A DNA stretch of 59,878 nt, filler included, from Platydemus manokwari (GCA_037951405.1; 6 parts of 6 records of this genome joined end to end with filler, not necessarily neighbours in it), one strand, 5' to 3'. Counted from the first letter of the whole stretch, positions 1-13,799 are shown. A program made the numbers and translations. Notes: generated by a model from the letters alone, not told the origin.

Positions 1-6
1 ATTATC

Positions 7-8
7 AC

Positions 9-51
<43 letters not shown>

Positions 52-57
52 TGTTAT
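7..57. repeat. (ATT)n microsatellite
   Basis: Visible tandem ATT run. Confidence 0.9.
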
Positions 58-2057
58 CGTTTTTGCATTCATAAATATGATAAATTAATTAACTTTAGAG
101 AATATTTGTAATTATAAATCAATAAAATTTGATATTGACATACAAAACAGAATTTTTTTTATCCCGAATCGATTATTACCACTGAATTATTGATTATATG
201 GATTCAGCTTATAGTTAAGGTTTGGTTTCCCGGCACAGAGCTAATTATAAGTAATTAACTTTGAATAAAATAATTGTAGCAGATTTCAATGTAAATAAGT
301 TTGAATTCGATGTTGAAGTTTAATTATTTTACAATATTGAATAATATTGGTTTCAGTAAAACATTAGAACGATATTAATTCATTCATTTTCAATACCAAT
401 AACATTCAACACATTTTTACTGCAAACAATTATAATTAAATTTTCAGTAGGACATTTTCTTGTTTTGTTTTCTTATTTGATGATCCTGATTGATTAGAAC
501 GACCAATGTTAATTAATGGTGTTGAAAGGAACAATATTTATCCGCTTAATAATCTTATATTGGATTTGGCTGGTTACAATTTGGAACAGTTCAGCACTCC
601 AATATTTCAGTTGATTTGATTCAAATTTGAAAAGAGAAATTTAGATTTGATCTTCCCCTTTTCGGCAATAATTCTCTTGCAATATTTCCTGCATATTGAA
701 ATTGTTTCAGTTTATTGTCAATGCTGATACAAATCGAGAAATTTGGGCTATTAAAAATTGAGAAATTAAGGAATTTTATGATTGTGGAATTGGCGTTAAA
801 TTTTAATTCCAACCCGATAATTATTGACTACAAGTTGTCTACAATTAAATATATTGAAATAAATCACAATTCCATTTTATTTATTTTAATAAGTCGATAA
901 GTCAAGCTTTGATCTTGATTAGTTTGACGAGTAAATCGATCTCATTTAATAAGTGGAGCTAAAATTTTGAATTTGTACACTATCGATCATAACGTGTTTT
1001 ATTATGGAAATCTATTCATTATTATTAGTTAAATTTTATCCAATTCTATTATTTCCTATAAGATTCGCTAAATCTTAGAATTAGCGAGTAGCGAGAGATC
1101 TATAATCTGAATTTATCCTTTGAATTACACATTTTTCATTCACGACAACAATTCATAATCTTTGATAATTTTTAATATTTCATTTATAATATTAACTGTT
1201 TATTCTAATATCGATGTTGTTATAGTTTTCGATGGATTGATCATTTTTACGATAGATTTATGAATCTAAAGGAGCACAACACAAATACAAGTAAATTAAT
1301 GAGTCTTCTCGATTTAAAGTTTGTTGGTGATTGTCTTTCGATTGTCTTTTCGATATCAATGGCTGTTGTTACAGTTCTAATAATTCTGATTTTTCTTCTC
1401 TATTTATGTTTCACTGGATCATTTATTGAATTAGTATACCGACTATCGATTTTATTAATGTACGGAAATTCTACGTGGCAAAATTGATTTAAATTATTTG
1501 GCTAAATTGTAGGCCTTTTCTGCCATTGAGCTTGATTCTTGGGTTCTTGTTTATCTTTATTGATCTTTTTTGATAATTTATTTACACTATATTTATCTCT
1601 TTATTTTCTTCTTGCATTTTAGCTTTCTTATTCATTCAACTGATGTCTGTCTCATATTATATGCCAATAAACAACACAAAAATAATAATAATAATCGAGT
1701 AAAATAATCTCAAAAGTTATCACCGAAGAATTGTCTGGCTAAATCATTGGTGCCAGTGAAATATTATTTTACAATTAATTGGCTCGAATTTGGAACTATA
1801 ATGAAAATTGAAATAATCATTAGAATCAAATAAATTATCTTTGTCGAGTATATGGAATAATTAAAACAATCAAAATAGGGTTTGTCTCCACTTCGTTTCC
1901 ATAATGATCTAAAAATTCAATATTTTCGTGTCTTCATCACCAGAGTTTTATCTTATTATTATAAATATCTTTATATTATTTATTCCTTTGTTGAATTGAC
2001 GAATATTGATTTCTTTTATAATATTGCACTCTCCTATTTTTCAAATCATTTTTTTAG

Positions 2058-3264
2058 ATCAAGACAATGATTCTCTTCGATTTGCATCAGTATCCCAGCA
2101 TCATCTAGCTTCAACGGCAGGCGTCACTAACATGTTCAATCCAACTATACAGAACCATTCACTAATCAGGTCTCATCCACAAATGGTTTCATATTATTCT
2201 GACATGCCTACGCATTCTAAATCGGCAATCAATGCTAGCACCATTCTTAACCCGTTAATTAATAATAGTATTTCTATTCCAATTCAAATACAAGGTAAGA
2301 AATGATCCAAACTCATATGTTGATTCATCGATATTGATTTTAACAACTTTCTTTATTCGTCAATGATTACTCCTTGTAGACACCAGCTTACAACGAGCGC
2401 AGCTACAGAATCCTGTTTATTCTTATCAGGGTCATCCATTTACTCAACACTTGCTCAGCGCTGGAGTGGGTATGCCTATCTGCTCGTCATCTTGTCTTCA
2501 ACCAATCCATTTGTCACCTCAAATGTTAGCCGCACCACCACATGATGTTCAGACGCCCGTCAATTTTTCCAACACACCCCGCGTGAATGCCAGTGAGCTT
2601 GCATCACACACGAGTTCAGGTGAAAATAATTTAATTCATTGATTATTTTCATTAATTATTTAATAAATTGATTTAATTGTTTCATTAAAATGACAAATAA
2701 TTGGCTTCTAATTAATTGTTCTGTTAATTGATTATTTAATTTTCATTGATTGATATTTTAATGGATATATTATTATAAAATTGATTAATTCACTAATTAA
2801 CACCATCATTCCATTATAGAAGACATCAGGCCCACATTGAACGGTTCAAGGATCAGTGAAAGTGATTATATATTGTTTATTTATAGATAGCATTATAATG
2901 AGATCCACTCAGGTGACATGTCTCAATATTATGGAAGTGGGGCCAATAGCACTGGCAAATCCCACAAGACCAGCATTTCCAAAAAATCCCATATGGAGGC
3001 TCTAAGGAATTCCGATGTAATTAAATCTGGAGTTGATCCAAACCAATCAGAAAATGAAGTAGCGGTTAGTGATTCCACTTTTGACATCATGCGATTTTAT
3101 TATTAATTTTAAAATTATTGACAAATATTGTGTACATATTGATTGATTGAATTTTTACGGTATAGAAAGGATTCAGTACCGAAGAACTCAGTCAAGAGAT
3201 GGCTAATTTGGAAGGATTGATGAAGGATTTAAATGCAATCACTCAGAAAGAGTTTGAATGTTGA
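2058..3264 (+). CDS. DCC: Netrin receptor DCC/neogenin/frazzled, 3' exons encoding the cytoplasmic tail (partial)
   Basis: Last exon 3166-3264 (after tatag) reads KGFSTEELSQEMANLEGLMKDLNAITQKEFEC*, the conserved P3 motif of DCC/frazzled. Upstream S/P/H-rich exons with GT-AG ends: 2058-2294, 2380-2619, possibly ~2820-2855, and 2891-3064. One junction is not phase-resolved. Confidence 0.9.
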
Positions 3265-3306
3265 ATATTGACGAATCAGATGAAAACACTATTTGTAAAT
3301 TTTGTG

Positions 3307-3312
3307 AATAAA
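3307..3312 (+). terminator. Putative polyadenylation signal of the DCC-like gene
   Basis: AATAAA about 40 nt after the TGA at 3262-3264. AT-rich context makes chance matches common. Confidence 0.4.
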
Positions 3313-4499
3313 TATTTGATATTATCCAATACAAATGAAGCTACTTATTATTATAAGTAAAATATAATTGTCATATTGAAATTTTCTAAATTATTGTTAT
3401 TTTTTCTTTTAGGAGATTTTTTAAAAATTTTTAAATGTTTTTTCATAAAATATATGTATAATAAAAATTGATTTATTATTTTCACGCTTTTTTTCCAGTT
3501 ATATTAGTTTTTATTTATTATCACATTTATTTATATTGTTTGTATTTCTATCGTGGCCGAATGTAAATATTTATTTGTTTTTCATGTCTATGTCGAAATC
3601 GATTTTATACTCGAGCTATCTCTTAAATACAACAATTTTACAATGTTTCGCTGCATTTAAAATGGATCAGAAATTGTCCAAGGTTTTTGTATATTTTTTC
3701 AAATTCCAAACCAACTGTTAAGTGTCCTAACACAGAATAATAAAAATAATAATTATAATAATCAATATTAATATTTATTAATAAATATTAAGCAAATAAC
3801 ATCGTGAATTCTCTCTTCAAATTTTAGGAATAGCAAATCATTATTAATTAGAATTGCTGTCATCACATAGCAAAGAGAGGAAAAATTTTTATCTAATTTC
3901 CCCATATTTCAATTTCAAATGACAGAATGAAATTTCTTTATCGGGTGCGAGAATTGGGAATTGAGAATTGAAACGATATTTGGAATACCAATCAAGATAT
4001 TGATATTTTATATCGATCGATTTTTGAGTTGGAAGATTTCATAAATTCGGTAGCAGTTATTTGGCTTTTTGACAAATTTGATTTTCGTTGCCGCTGGGTT
4101 GTATTGATGTTATTTTATAACTTGTGTGAATAAAGTTGATCAATATTTTTGGTTTTGACTTCATGGGAGATTTTATTTATTGATTATTCTGATTTAGTGT
4201 ATAAATCCCCATCACACGAAATCCATAAATCCAATTGAAACTTGAGAAACGAATTATCACATCACTACACACAAATCCTAAGTATAAATATTGATGTGAA
4301 GATGAACAACTGCCAGTTGGAGGCTGATGTTTATTTTGTTGATATGCCATTTGTATTTAATGATAATCGGAATCGATAATCTGGTTCAGGAAAGCGCTAT
4401 TTACTCCAAAGCTTACATCTATTTCTAGAATCATTCATTTGGTTTGATCTGATAACATCAACATCAGAGCTGTCGATAAAGCCTATTTAATATCCGCAT

Positions 4500-6330
4500 A
4501 ATATATAATGGTATAATTATCAGTGCATTATCCCTTCATAAATTTCCTATAGACATTACAAAGAAATTAAAAAAAACTGCAGTTGTGTCATAAAACCTGG
4601 TATTACTTCATATTCAATCTTCATCTTTTTCTCAAAAAATTAAAAGTTCTTGTGCCAAGCATAGATTTTCTGGATCAGCTTTTAATTCATATAATCTACT
4701 TACGTTATGCAGTTTAAAAATGCAATATTGTTCACCTGATTTCAGACTAATTGCTACTAAGTCATTGATCTTGTTATAGACAGCTTTTAGACTAGTAAAT
4801 TTTATTATATTACACAAAAGATTTTTGTTAGTTTTGATGATCGACCAGTCACGAGAAGGTGGGTTGCATGACTGCACCCTTAACGAGAATTGAGCGTGTC
4901 CAAAAAAAGGTTTAAAATCAGAAACTAGAAGAGTAGTGATCCCAGACGACCCGAACGAAAGATAAAAAGAAAAATGAAGAGCAGACTGATCGACAGGGTT
5001 CTTGGAAGTTAGATAGCGATTTCCTTCGAGCATTAATCAATGAGATATAAACACCATCTCTGAATCACTGCTTGATCACTGCCTTGTGTATTGCTAGAGC
5101 TCAATGGCGGTGACTCTGGACCATGAAGTTTGGAATTTCCTCTTATTTGTAGGTCAGACCCATCCTTCACGTTAAGAAGCATCTCATTTTAATGGTGATG
5201 CCAGAGCCGAGCATAATGTCGAATATTCGAGGCATTGAGCAGTTTAGCCATTCTTTTTACATCCGAATCAGAGATTCAAAGAATTTAAATGAGTTTTATG
5301 TTTTTCTAAAAAACCGAGCCCAAGTGGCTACGTATGTAAATATATCCCAGATGATTACCATGAAATCATTACCTATATTTTACTATTTTATAATTTTGAA
5401 CGTCAGTTGATGAGGGACGCTTGGAAAAACTCTTCTAATATCGATAAAGCCAATCGCAAATGGTTTTAGTGAACGATTCTGATCTCGAGGATTTCAGTCA
5501 AGAGAGAATTGTGTTTAATACAATTCTCAAATTGAATTCATCTTTTGCCTGGGGCTCAACATGTTACTATGACTAATCCAGTCTAATAAATAATCAGCCA
5601 AAATGCACGTAAGCACTTTATAACTTAAGTTTGAAAGAGCTATAGATCTCCATCTGGAAATCGATTTATAGTGAATTTTGTTTGACTTTGAGATCAGTGA
5701 AGTCCTAAATTGCCTCCACATACCAGGAATTTTCTTGAAGTAATTGTCTTGGTAAAAAGATCTGCCAATAGTTCTCCTTTATAGTCAGGGGTACTGATGA
5801 GAAAATTGCCAACTACCAGTTGGTAACCGATTTGTACGATATTCATTTTGTTGATGGTTTTTAATGATTATTGAAATCGATAATTGTCGTGCTGATTAGG
5901 AAGATTTGGTAAAAATAAAACTTATGTAACACATTTTCCGGATCAGATTTCGAATTCATATAATCCGCTTAAGTTCTGTAGTTCTAAAGTAAGATATTTT
6001 CATCTGGTTTCAGGCTAATTTCTACTAAGTCGTTAATTTCTTCAAGGGAAGTTTTTGATCTAGAAAAAGTCTCAGAACCAATATTGCGCATTATCGTTGA
6101 CTAATTTATCCTTATTTTTGTTTAACTTCTTCCACAAAGGGCATGCATCTCCTTTCGACAGTGTAACAATGGGAAAATTTAGTTCCATCTGATTTAATGT
6201 AACAAAGTACTACGTAATTCGAAGCCATTCACCATATTCGTGAGAAACGTTTGATTTGGAATCTGCATTTACTGAGACTTATGAGGTAATACTGAGAAGA
6301 TCTGTGGAAAATTAATTCCAGCCTGGTCGC
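4500..6330 (-). mobile_element. Decayed R2/NeSL-like non-LTR retrotransposon
   Basis: ORF 5527-5721 (WRSIALSNLSYKVLTCILADYLLDWISHSNMLSPRQK) is RT domain 1-2 and aligns with the element at 17482 (WRSIALTDTSYKIFTMILNLRLLKWIDALNLLSPNQK). Many stops and frameshifts; boundaries approximate. Confidence 0.75.
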
Positions 6331-6838
6331 CAAAAATAATACATTGTCATTAATGATCTTTAATTTTTAAATTGATTTATTGGCAGTTACTAAAATCTTA
6401 AATATGATTAAGGTTATGTAATTGACGTACGTCAAGTAACTTTTCAAAATGTGTGAAACTTTTCATTTATGAATTTACAATTGATAAATATCTACCTAAA
6501 TCTGTGTTTTGATTATCAATATAAAATTTTTAATGTTAGAGCTTTAGTGGTGAAGACTTAATGGTTTTATTCTTGCAACATATTTATCAAATATAGCACT
6601 AGCCATTCGATTGGTTTTTTTTAAATCTACGGCTGTCTAATAAAACTCAGAATTAAATTAAATCAATACTTAGCTTTATCAAAATAATTCAACAAAAAAT
6701 TTAATTTTAAAATTAGAATGTAATTTTAAAATAAATAATTAAGGTCAAATTAAGTAAAGCTTGTTTTAATTGTACGAAATTATTATATATAAAGTCTGAA
6801 CCCTTAGAATGAATTTGTGACGTGCATACATTTTCTGA

Positions 6839-9533
6839 ATGACTGGGAAAAACCTATCATTCGTTTTGAAAGAAATAAATTCATTTGTTTTCGTGAGACT
6901 ATTTTAAAAATTGAATAGAAATTCTGTAATATATAAATTTACTTCAGGAGGAACGAGATGTACCTCATCAGATTGGTCATCACGGTAATTTACAACTTTG
7001 TTTTCGTTAGTATCTTTTTGACTATTCGAAAGATGTTTTACTGAAAATTTTGAATGTGGGTATCTGCGGAACTGATGTTCATTTTTGGACGCATGGAAGC
7101 ATTGGAGATTTTGTGGTTCACCAACCGTTGATTCTCGGACATGAAGCATCGGCAGTTGTTGTGAAGTGTGGTAAAAATGTGACAAAACTGAAGGAAGGTT
7201 GACATATTATTGGTTGTTGTGCGCAATGATAATGACATTATATTTTGCAATAATATATTATGATTATATAGTTATATATTGGGTGGCCAACTTTTGCGTA
7301 CGTAAGATCGACTTTTCATTTGAATAAAAACTCACGCGATAGACTAAAATTGGCTTCAAGATCGACCGGTTGGCCACCCCTGACATAGAGGCACCATTTC
7401 TGGTGTCTCCGGTGACGATTCTGTATAACAAACGTTGCCTGCGGCCGTGGGTTCTTTGATGTCGATCAAGATTTTAAGCTTATCCTTCTGTCTTTGGTAG
7501 AGTTCATGAGGGACTCAAACTCCAAGCCTTTAATTGAAACCAATCGACTGAAGGTGGCTTGAAATTGTAGCAAAATCACAATTCATCTTTTCATCCAATT
7601 CTCTGCATGTCTGGTAATCATCTTCCTTCAAAAAATCACAAACTTGATTCTCGTTCATCTTGATTGGTCTTACAGAGCGAGGAGCGCCGTTAAGGTCGAA
7701 ATTATCGTGTTTGAACCAAGCAAACCAATATCGAGCATTTCTCTCACTTATAGCGTCCTCTCCATACAAGGCACAAATATCTCTGGTAGATTCACTCGCT
7801 TTTTGACTTCGATTAGAGACGAAAATAAGGAGGTGTCGAAAGTGCGATTTTTGTCTACTTGACAACCCATTTGAGGGTTCTAAAAAAAGCAAAAAATAAT
7901 ATAGGCAAAAATTATTACTTCGCCAAACATCAAAAAGTCTTTGTAGACCGATTAGTTTCATGCAAGGAGGCGAACCTATACAACAGCATAATTGTTATAT
8001 AAGACTATAAAATTGTAGTTTCAACATCGACTAATTGATCCTAAATAGGGAAAGAGGATAAAAAAAGGCAGCTCTAAAAATTGGGGGATAGAATATTCTT
8101 GACAGTAGCGACTGGATGGCGGGAATAGAATCGATTGCATTATTAAACTAGCAAACTGTGAGTCATGAAAAGATCATAAGGAAAGAATTATATGTATCCC
8201 ATATTTTAATATATGGATATCTCGATAATCAATGTTTGTGAATAAATATTTTCACGAGCTGGAAAGGCATACTGGAAAGTAAGTAATTGTGAGATATGGT
8301 CAGATTGGAATAAATGGTCTTAAAGCGTCGAGTGTTGCAGTGGATATGATTTGTGTGGACGAACACAATTATCTCTTAGTTGTGGGTACCGTAATAATAA
8401 AATTATAAAATATTTACGATCTTAATGAATAATTGACATTAATACCAAAACAGGTGACAGAGTAGCAATGGAACCAGGTGTGCCTTGTCGCCAATGTTTG
8501 TTGTGCTTATCTGGACGATATAATCTTTGTGAAAAGTTGATCTTGAAATCAATACCACCATTTGATGGAAATTTGTGTCAATATGTCACTCATCCAGAAG
8601 ATTTTTGTTTCAAGTAAGAGCATCAATGATTGTAAATATATTATGAGTTCCATTTCGATAAAACAAATGATCATGAATATGAATTCAATTTTGTATTTTT
8701 TATGAGTTTCAACAAAAAAAAGATGTAGAGATTCATTTAAAACTATTCAGCATCATCAAGAATCTAACGGCATCATCTTTAAACCAATGAAAATTAACAT
8801 GGTTATTGTAGAATTAACTTCATCCAGTCAAAATCAAAAATATAAAAATATCTTGAAACAATAAGATTCGACAGACACATCCCAACGAAGAAATCTTATT
8901 TATTATTAATGATTTCATGCGTGCAATAATCTTGATAGTAGTTCAGAATTGTCAAGTCCGTCATAAATAAATTAGAGATATTTTACACAAATAATAAATA
9001 TTCGCATTTTATAAACTCTTTCAGAAGCCTTCTTTTGACATAATTTATAGCTAGTTAGACCGATCATAGATATTATTATTTCAAAATCTTTATGGCAATG
9101 TCTAACCTCAAACAGTTATCATTCATATCCTCATTAAGATCATTAATATCTGTTATAAACCACATCTTGATTCATTTACCATCTAGCATTTCATATCGTT
9201 AATTATATTGTTTAATGAATGAATTAGGTTTTTTTCAGATCTTGTTTGATCAAGATTTTTGTTGTAATAGCGTTATGAATAATGCAGTTTTATAGAATGT
9301 TTAATATATAAACTCATTTTCATGTAGATTACATGATAATGTATCTAATGAAGAAGGAGCTTTGATTGAACCTTTATCGGTAGGTGTTCATGCATGTCGA
9401 AGAGCAAATGTTACTTTAGGTTCAAGAGTACTTATTATTGGTGCAGGTTAGATCAGATAAATTGAAAATAAAGATGTTAAAAGTAAAATATAGGAACAAT
9501 CGGGCTGGTAAACTTATTAGTTGCTCGATCACT
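6839..9533 (+). CDS. SORD: Sorbitol (polyol) dehydrogenase, Zn-dependent MDR family; 5' part, truncated by a gap
   Basis: Phase-consistent exons: 6839-6892 ([18 protein letters not shown]), 6948-6984, 7033-7197 ([11 protein letters not shown]...[11 protein letters not shown]), 8454-8613 ([26 protein letters not shown], structural Zn cysteines), 9328-9446 ([18 protein letters not shown]...VLIIGAG), 9494-9533 ([12 protein letters not shown]). Confidence 0.93.
7277..7990 (-). mobile_element. Internally deleted mariner transposon in SORD intron 3
   Basis: ORF 7530-7961 gives the mariner N-terminal HTH (HFRHLLIF...[25 protein letters not shown]...FDL..APRS.RP). Decayed G V*VPHEL and RIVTGD follow at ~7400-7530. 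TIR-like TATTGGGTGGCCAAC at 7277. Other end not located. Confidence 0.88.
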
Positions 9534-9633
9534 NNNNNNNNNNNNNNNNNNNNNNNNNNNNNNNNNNNNNNNNNNNNTTAATTAATTAANNNNNNNNNNN
9601 NNNNNNNNNNNNNNNNNNNNNNNNNNNNNNNNN
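9534..9633. other. Assembly gap with synthetic TTAATTAATTAA spacer (also 18183-18282, 28560-28659, 40284-40383, 49829-49928)
   Basis: The same N-run + TTAATTAATTAA + N-run block of 100 nt occurs five times. The spacer is a six-frame stop linker. Confidence 0.95.
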
Positions 9634-11629
9634 TAATGATAAAAAATAATGATAATTGTTAGCTACTGGGCACACACATAGGAAATGGTTTGGTACATTA
9701 AACGGTTAATCACTCACCTTCAGTTTGGCAAATAATTAATAAATTAATAAAGCGATCACATTAAATCTTTTATTGAGTCATTGAGCTTCGAGATTTCAGA
9801 TTTAAAGATATGATTTGTCAATGATAATAATCAGGATATCGGTTTGAAAATGTTTGTGTATTCTGGTTGAATGGCGAATGTTGAATGTGAATAAATGTTC
9901 TGCAAATGTTCTTAGATTGTCTTTGAATAATTAATCCTAGAGACACAAGGATTGATGCTTTAAAAATTGCTCCAATGCTGGTCTTATGTGTTCTCAAAAT
10001 GATACATAATGGCAGAAATGTTTTAGGTATAAGTATTTCCAAACAGTTTGTCTTTGTTTCTTTGTTCTTTATTTACAATTCGATAATAGCCAACAGAGTC
10101 GCATTTCATTAGAAAATGGATCGTCTAATTTAAACATTCACTGATACTGTGATGTTCATTGTGTCTTTGAATTTAATAGAGCACATGACTGCAGGATACA
10201 TACCAATGATTATCACTTCTACATTACATCGTCGATATGGTCTTTGTGGACATTATTTTTAAATACTTGAGTCGACGGGCAAAAAATTTGATTTGGCCTT
10301 GAGGATAAAGTGGCGCACATATTGTCGATGAATAATCTTGTTCAATTGAAGCCGTAACAAATATTTGGTATTAATAGATATAATAGAAACAAGATTATCG
10401 AGATTGAACTGGAAATTGTACAATCAAAATCAAAAACGATCGCCTTTGTGATGATTATCAAGTGTGTTGATGAGCTTAAAAGTTTGTATTATTTGTTAAG
10501 ATCCTATAAACCAGTGCCTGAACATTAGGTCGAATAAAGATCAATCCGTTCAAAGATCTTTGCAACAAGGCAACATATATACCATTACCCTCATTACTTA
10601 AACGACTTAGTGATTAATTTAACTACCTACACCTAACGATGCGATTGGTATAAGTGATATTCTTTAAACTTTAAGCCTTAATTAAACCAAGTATTGATCT
10701 TAAACAATTCAATTTTATTATAAAAAACTATTTCTTGCCATAATCGATCCCAAAAAATTAACGGTATCGATTTTTCAACGATAATTTTGCCCAGAATTTG
10801 ATATTGAAGTATACTAGCAAAATTTTTTGCTTGATACATCAATTAATTTGTCGTATGAAATCCATAGGGATAATGGGCTGTAATTTCCATCACCAAACAA
10901 AAACTACTAACAAAATGCCAAATCAAAGAAACATTTCAGCCGGTCACTCTATTTGCTAAATGGATTCCCAACATCTACTTATGTTTTATGTATCTTTCAT
11001 TTCTTTTCAATACATTTTATTTACTTTCATTTTATCATTCACTTTAATAAACATCCATTAAGCTAATGTGAAAAATGGTGTCCAGTTTATCAATGTCGAC
11101 GTAAAATGATTAAAATTTTCAAAATCTAAAATTACTTGATCGACATAATATTTTGTTGAAAATTATGAATATATTGTGAATATCATTCAATAATGTATTT
11201 GATGCTTTATAAAGTAATACAATACATATAAACTCAATGAAATGTAGTAAAATCCATATCGTAAAGTCTCTAAACCTGTCGAACAATGCTTTTTAAAATA
11301 TATTCATTGAATTTCCATTCCAAAAGACTGCGATTTCTTTGCTTGATCAATGAGCTCAATATAAAACATTATCGAGGCAAGAAACTCACTTGATTTACTA
11401 AAATTATGTATGGAGATAAGGAATACATAATGAGTGGATTTCATTAATAGATGAGAAAATTTTAAAGAATTTAAATATCACTGAGACAACAGAACAAATT
11501 GGTTTATAACAAAAATTTTATTAGGAAATTTGTGGCTTGAAAAAACCTTTGAAAATGAACTCCATTTATTTTTCATTTTCTTCTAAGCAATTTCTGAACC
11601 AAAAATCATTAAAATAATATCAATAAAAT

Positions 11630-11701
11630 AATTATAATTATGATAATGGTAACAATGATGATAATAGTAATGATAATTATAATAATGATAATAATAATAG
11701 C

Positions 11702-11758
<57 letters not shown>

Positions 11759-11768
11759 TGATAATAAT
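11630..11768. repeat. (AAT)n microsatellite
   Basis: Long imperfect AAT run; it generates the spurious poly-Ile ORF. Confidence 0.92.
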
Positions 11769-12310
11769 TTGTTAAGTACAAAATTAATACTATGGCATGA
11801 AAAAATTCAGCCTGAAATAAAATGAAATGTTATTAATGAGTAGTATGAAGGTCATTTATAGTGTGCTGAAATTGCCCAGATATCGTCGGTCGACTAAAAG
11901 TGATATAATCAATCCAAAGGTCAATGATAAAAACAAGAAACTTACAAATTTTCTCATTTTCACATGATCAACTTGTATTTGATAAATGAGTAATTTTGAG
12001 ATAAAAGTATACAATAATCCAAAAATAAATACCTAAAGAAATGTTGATTAGATAAATAAAACTTGATTGATAAGCATCGTTTTAAGCAATTTATGAGATA
12101 AATATGTTTGATGAAGGATGTTGGTCTGTATCGACAAATAGCATAAATAATTAAGCAACTCAATCATCTGCCATTTCAAAACTAAGTAAGAGAAAATCTT
12201 GTTTTTGCAATAAATGTAATTATAATTAACAAAGGTATATTTAGTGGATCACGATATATTGTATAATAGACATACTACTAAAAGAAGACTCTAATACAAT
12301 GGATTTTAAC

Positions 12311-12382
12311 CAGTGTTCCGCAATTTCTAAATTAGAATAACGAACAAATAAACAACATGTTAAATTCAATTTCGAAAATCTA

Positions 12383-12422
<40 letters not shown>

Positions 12423-12531
12423 TCATTATTATTTTATTAATTATTGTTTAAATATACTAAATTTAACACAAGTAAACTCGCTACAGTATTGTAAAGGGGT
12501 TCCTCTCCAGCAAAAAGATTGAAAACCACTG
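12311..12531. mobile_element. Possible hAT-type MITE
   Basis: CAGTGTT... at the left end and ...GAAAACCACTG at the right end, with an internal (ATT)n run. Target-site duplication not convincing. Confidence 0.4.
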
Positions 12532-13799
12532 TTCTAATAGGTAGTTCAAATTTGCAAATGGATCAAATCCTCGATTCGATTTAATTATATTTGGGACTTG
12601 GCCTTGAGTGCTTACTTTAAAAAAAATTATTGTCGTACAATTACATCTTTAAAATATAGAATCGACTTTTTCAGTTTGAATCAAATAAAGAAATGGTATC
12701 AGATCTGAACATCTACATGATGTCGTTATAAGTAGTAAACTTAATAATTATATTAGTAGGTCATTCGTAGTTAATAAATTAGGAAATTAATAAATTAATG
12801 GTTATTAATAATATTTAATAATAATAATTCTAATTATATTTACTATAATAACATATTCCATAATATTAATATTATTAATGAAGTGATAAGGACAATAAAA
12901 ATACTAATAATAATCTTAATAATAATTGTAACAAAAATATGAAAAATAATACACAAAGTTTGGCTAACAATAATCATAACAGCAATAATAACAATAAATG
13001 GCATAATTTATTCTCATATATTAATTTTTGCATATTCAAAATCATACATATTATCTCTCAATTATTTTCCCATGAATGAAAACTCAAAGCAGTAGGAATG
13101 AAAAAAGAAATATAAATCATTATATGTTTCATTTATAGAGAGCAGCTCTCACAATCTCTTAGTTAAGTAATTTTCTATTTGCTTGAGTTGATAGCATCGT
13201 CTTTTATAACAGCGATGAAGCACAACTATCAACTAGAAATTATCCAGCTGTGATGGAAACAAGGTAGAAATTTTAGAATTTTCTCAGTGTTAATTATTAG
13301 AATTAAAAGACATGTCACACCAAAATACAATTATTGAGAAAATCTGTACCATAAAATAAGATCAATCCCATACATTTCATAAATCACCACCTCGCCCTCT
13401 TACTACTCTTGATAAACATCACTGACTTGATATTTCAATGAGTTTGTCCCCACCTTGATGTCCTTATCCTTGTATCATGCAATGTTAAAAATGAATGTCA
13501 TATAAAAGAAATCATCACTTTAGTTCAGTTTCATACGAGCTTTTAATCTACTGCTGTCGTGATATCTTGAACACATTGATTTTTAAATTATATTAGTACC
13601 TGACTTCACATCACCTTCTACTAAAACTATCATTTTTTCCAGTTAGTATTAGTTCGAAAATTTATAAAAACGGATTAATTCTGAAAGTATATGAGTTTAT
13701 CTAAATACTTACAAATGATATTTTTTTTCACATCATAAAAAGAGAAGTGTCCACAAATAATATATTTCAAATTTATTCAGAAAATATTCTAGTCAATGT

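Noticed and set aside
200-1750. Possible decayed LTR-element sequence in a DCC intron
   Set aside because: No motif readable with enough confidence.
6904-7250. Minus-strand ORFs of 93 and 70 aa
   Set aside because: Antisense shadows of SORD exons.
9578-9589. Recurrent TTAATTAATTAA motif as a biological repeat or CRISPR-like unit
   Set aside because: Always embedded in N runs; it is an assembly spacer.
11640-11825. Poly-Ile 61-aa ORF
   Set aside because: Translation of the (AAT)n microsatellite.
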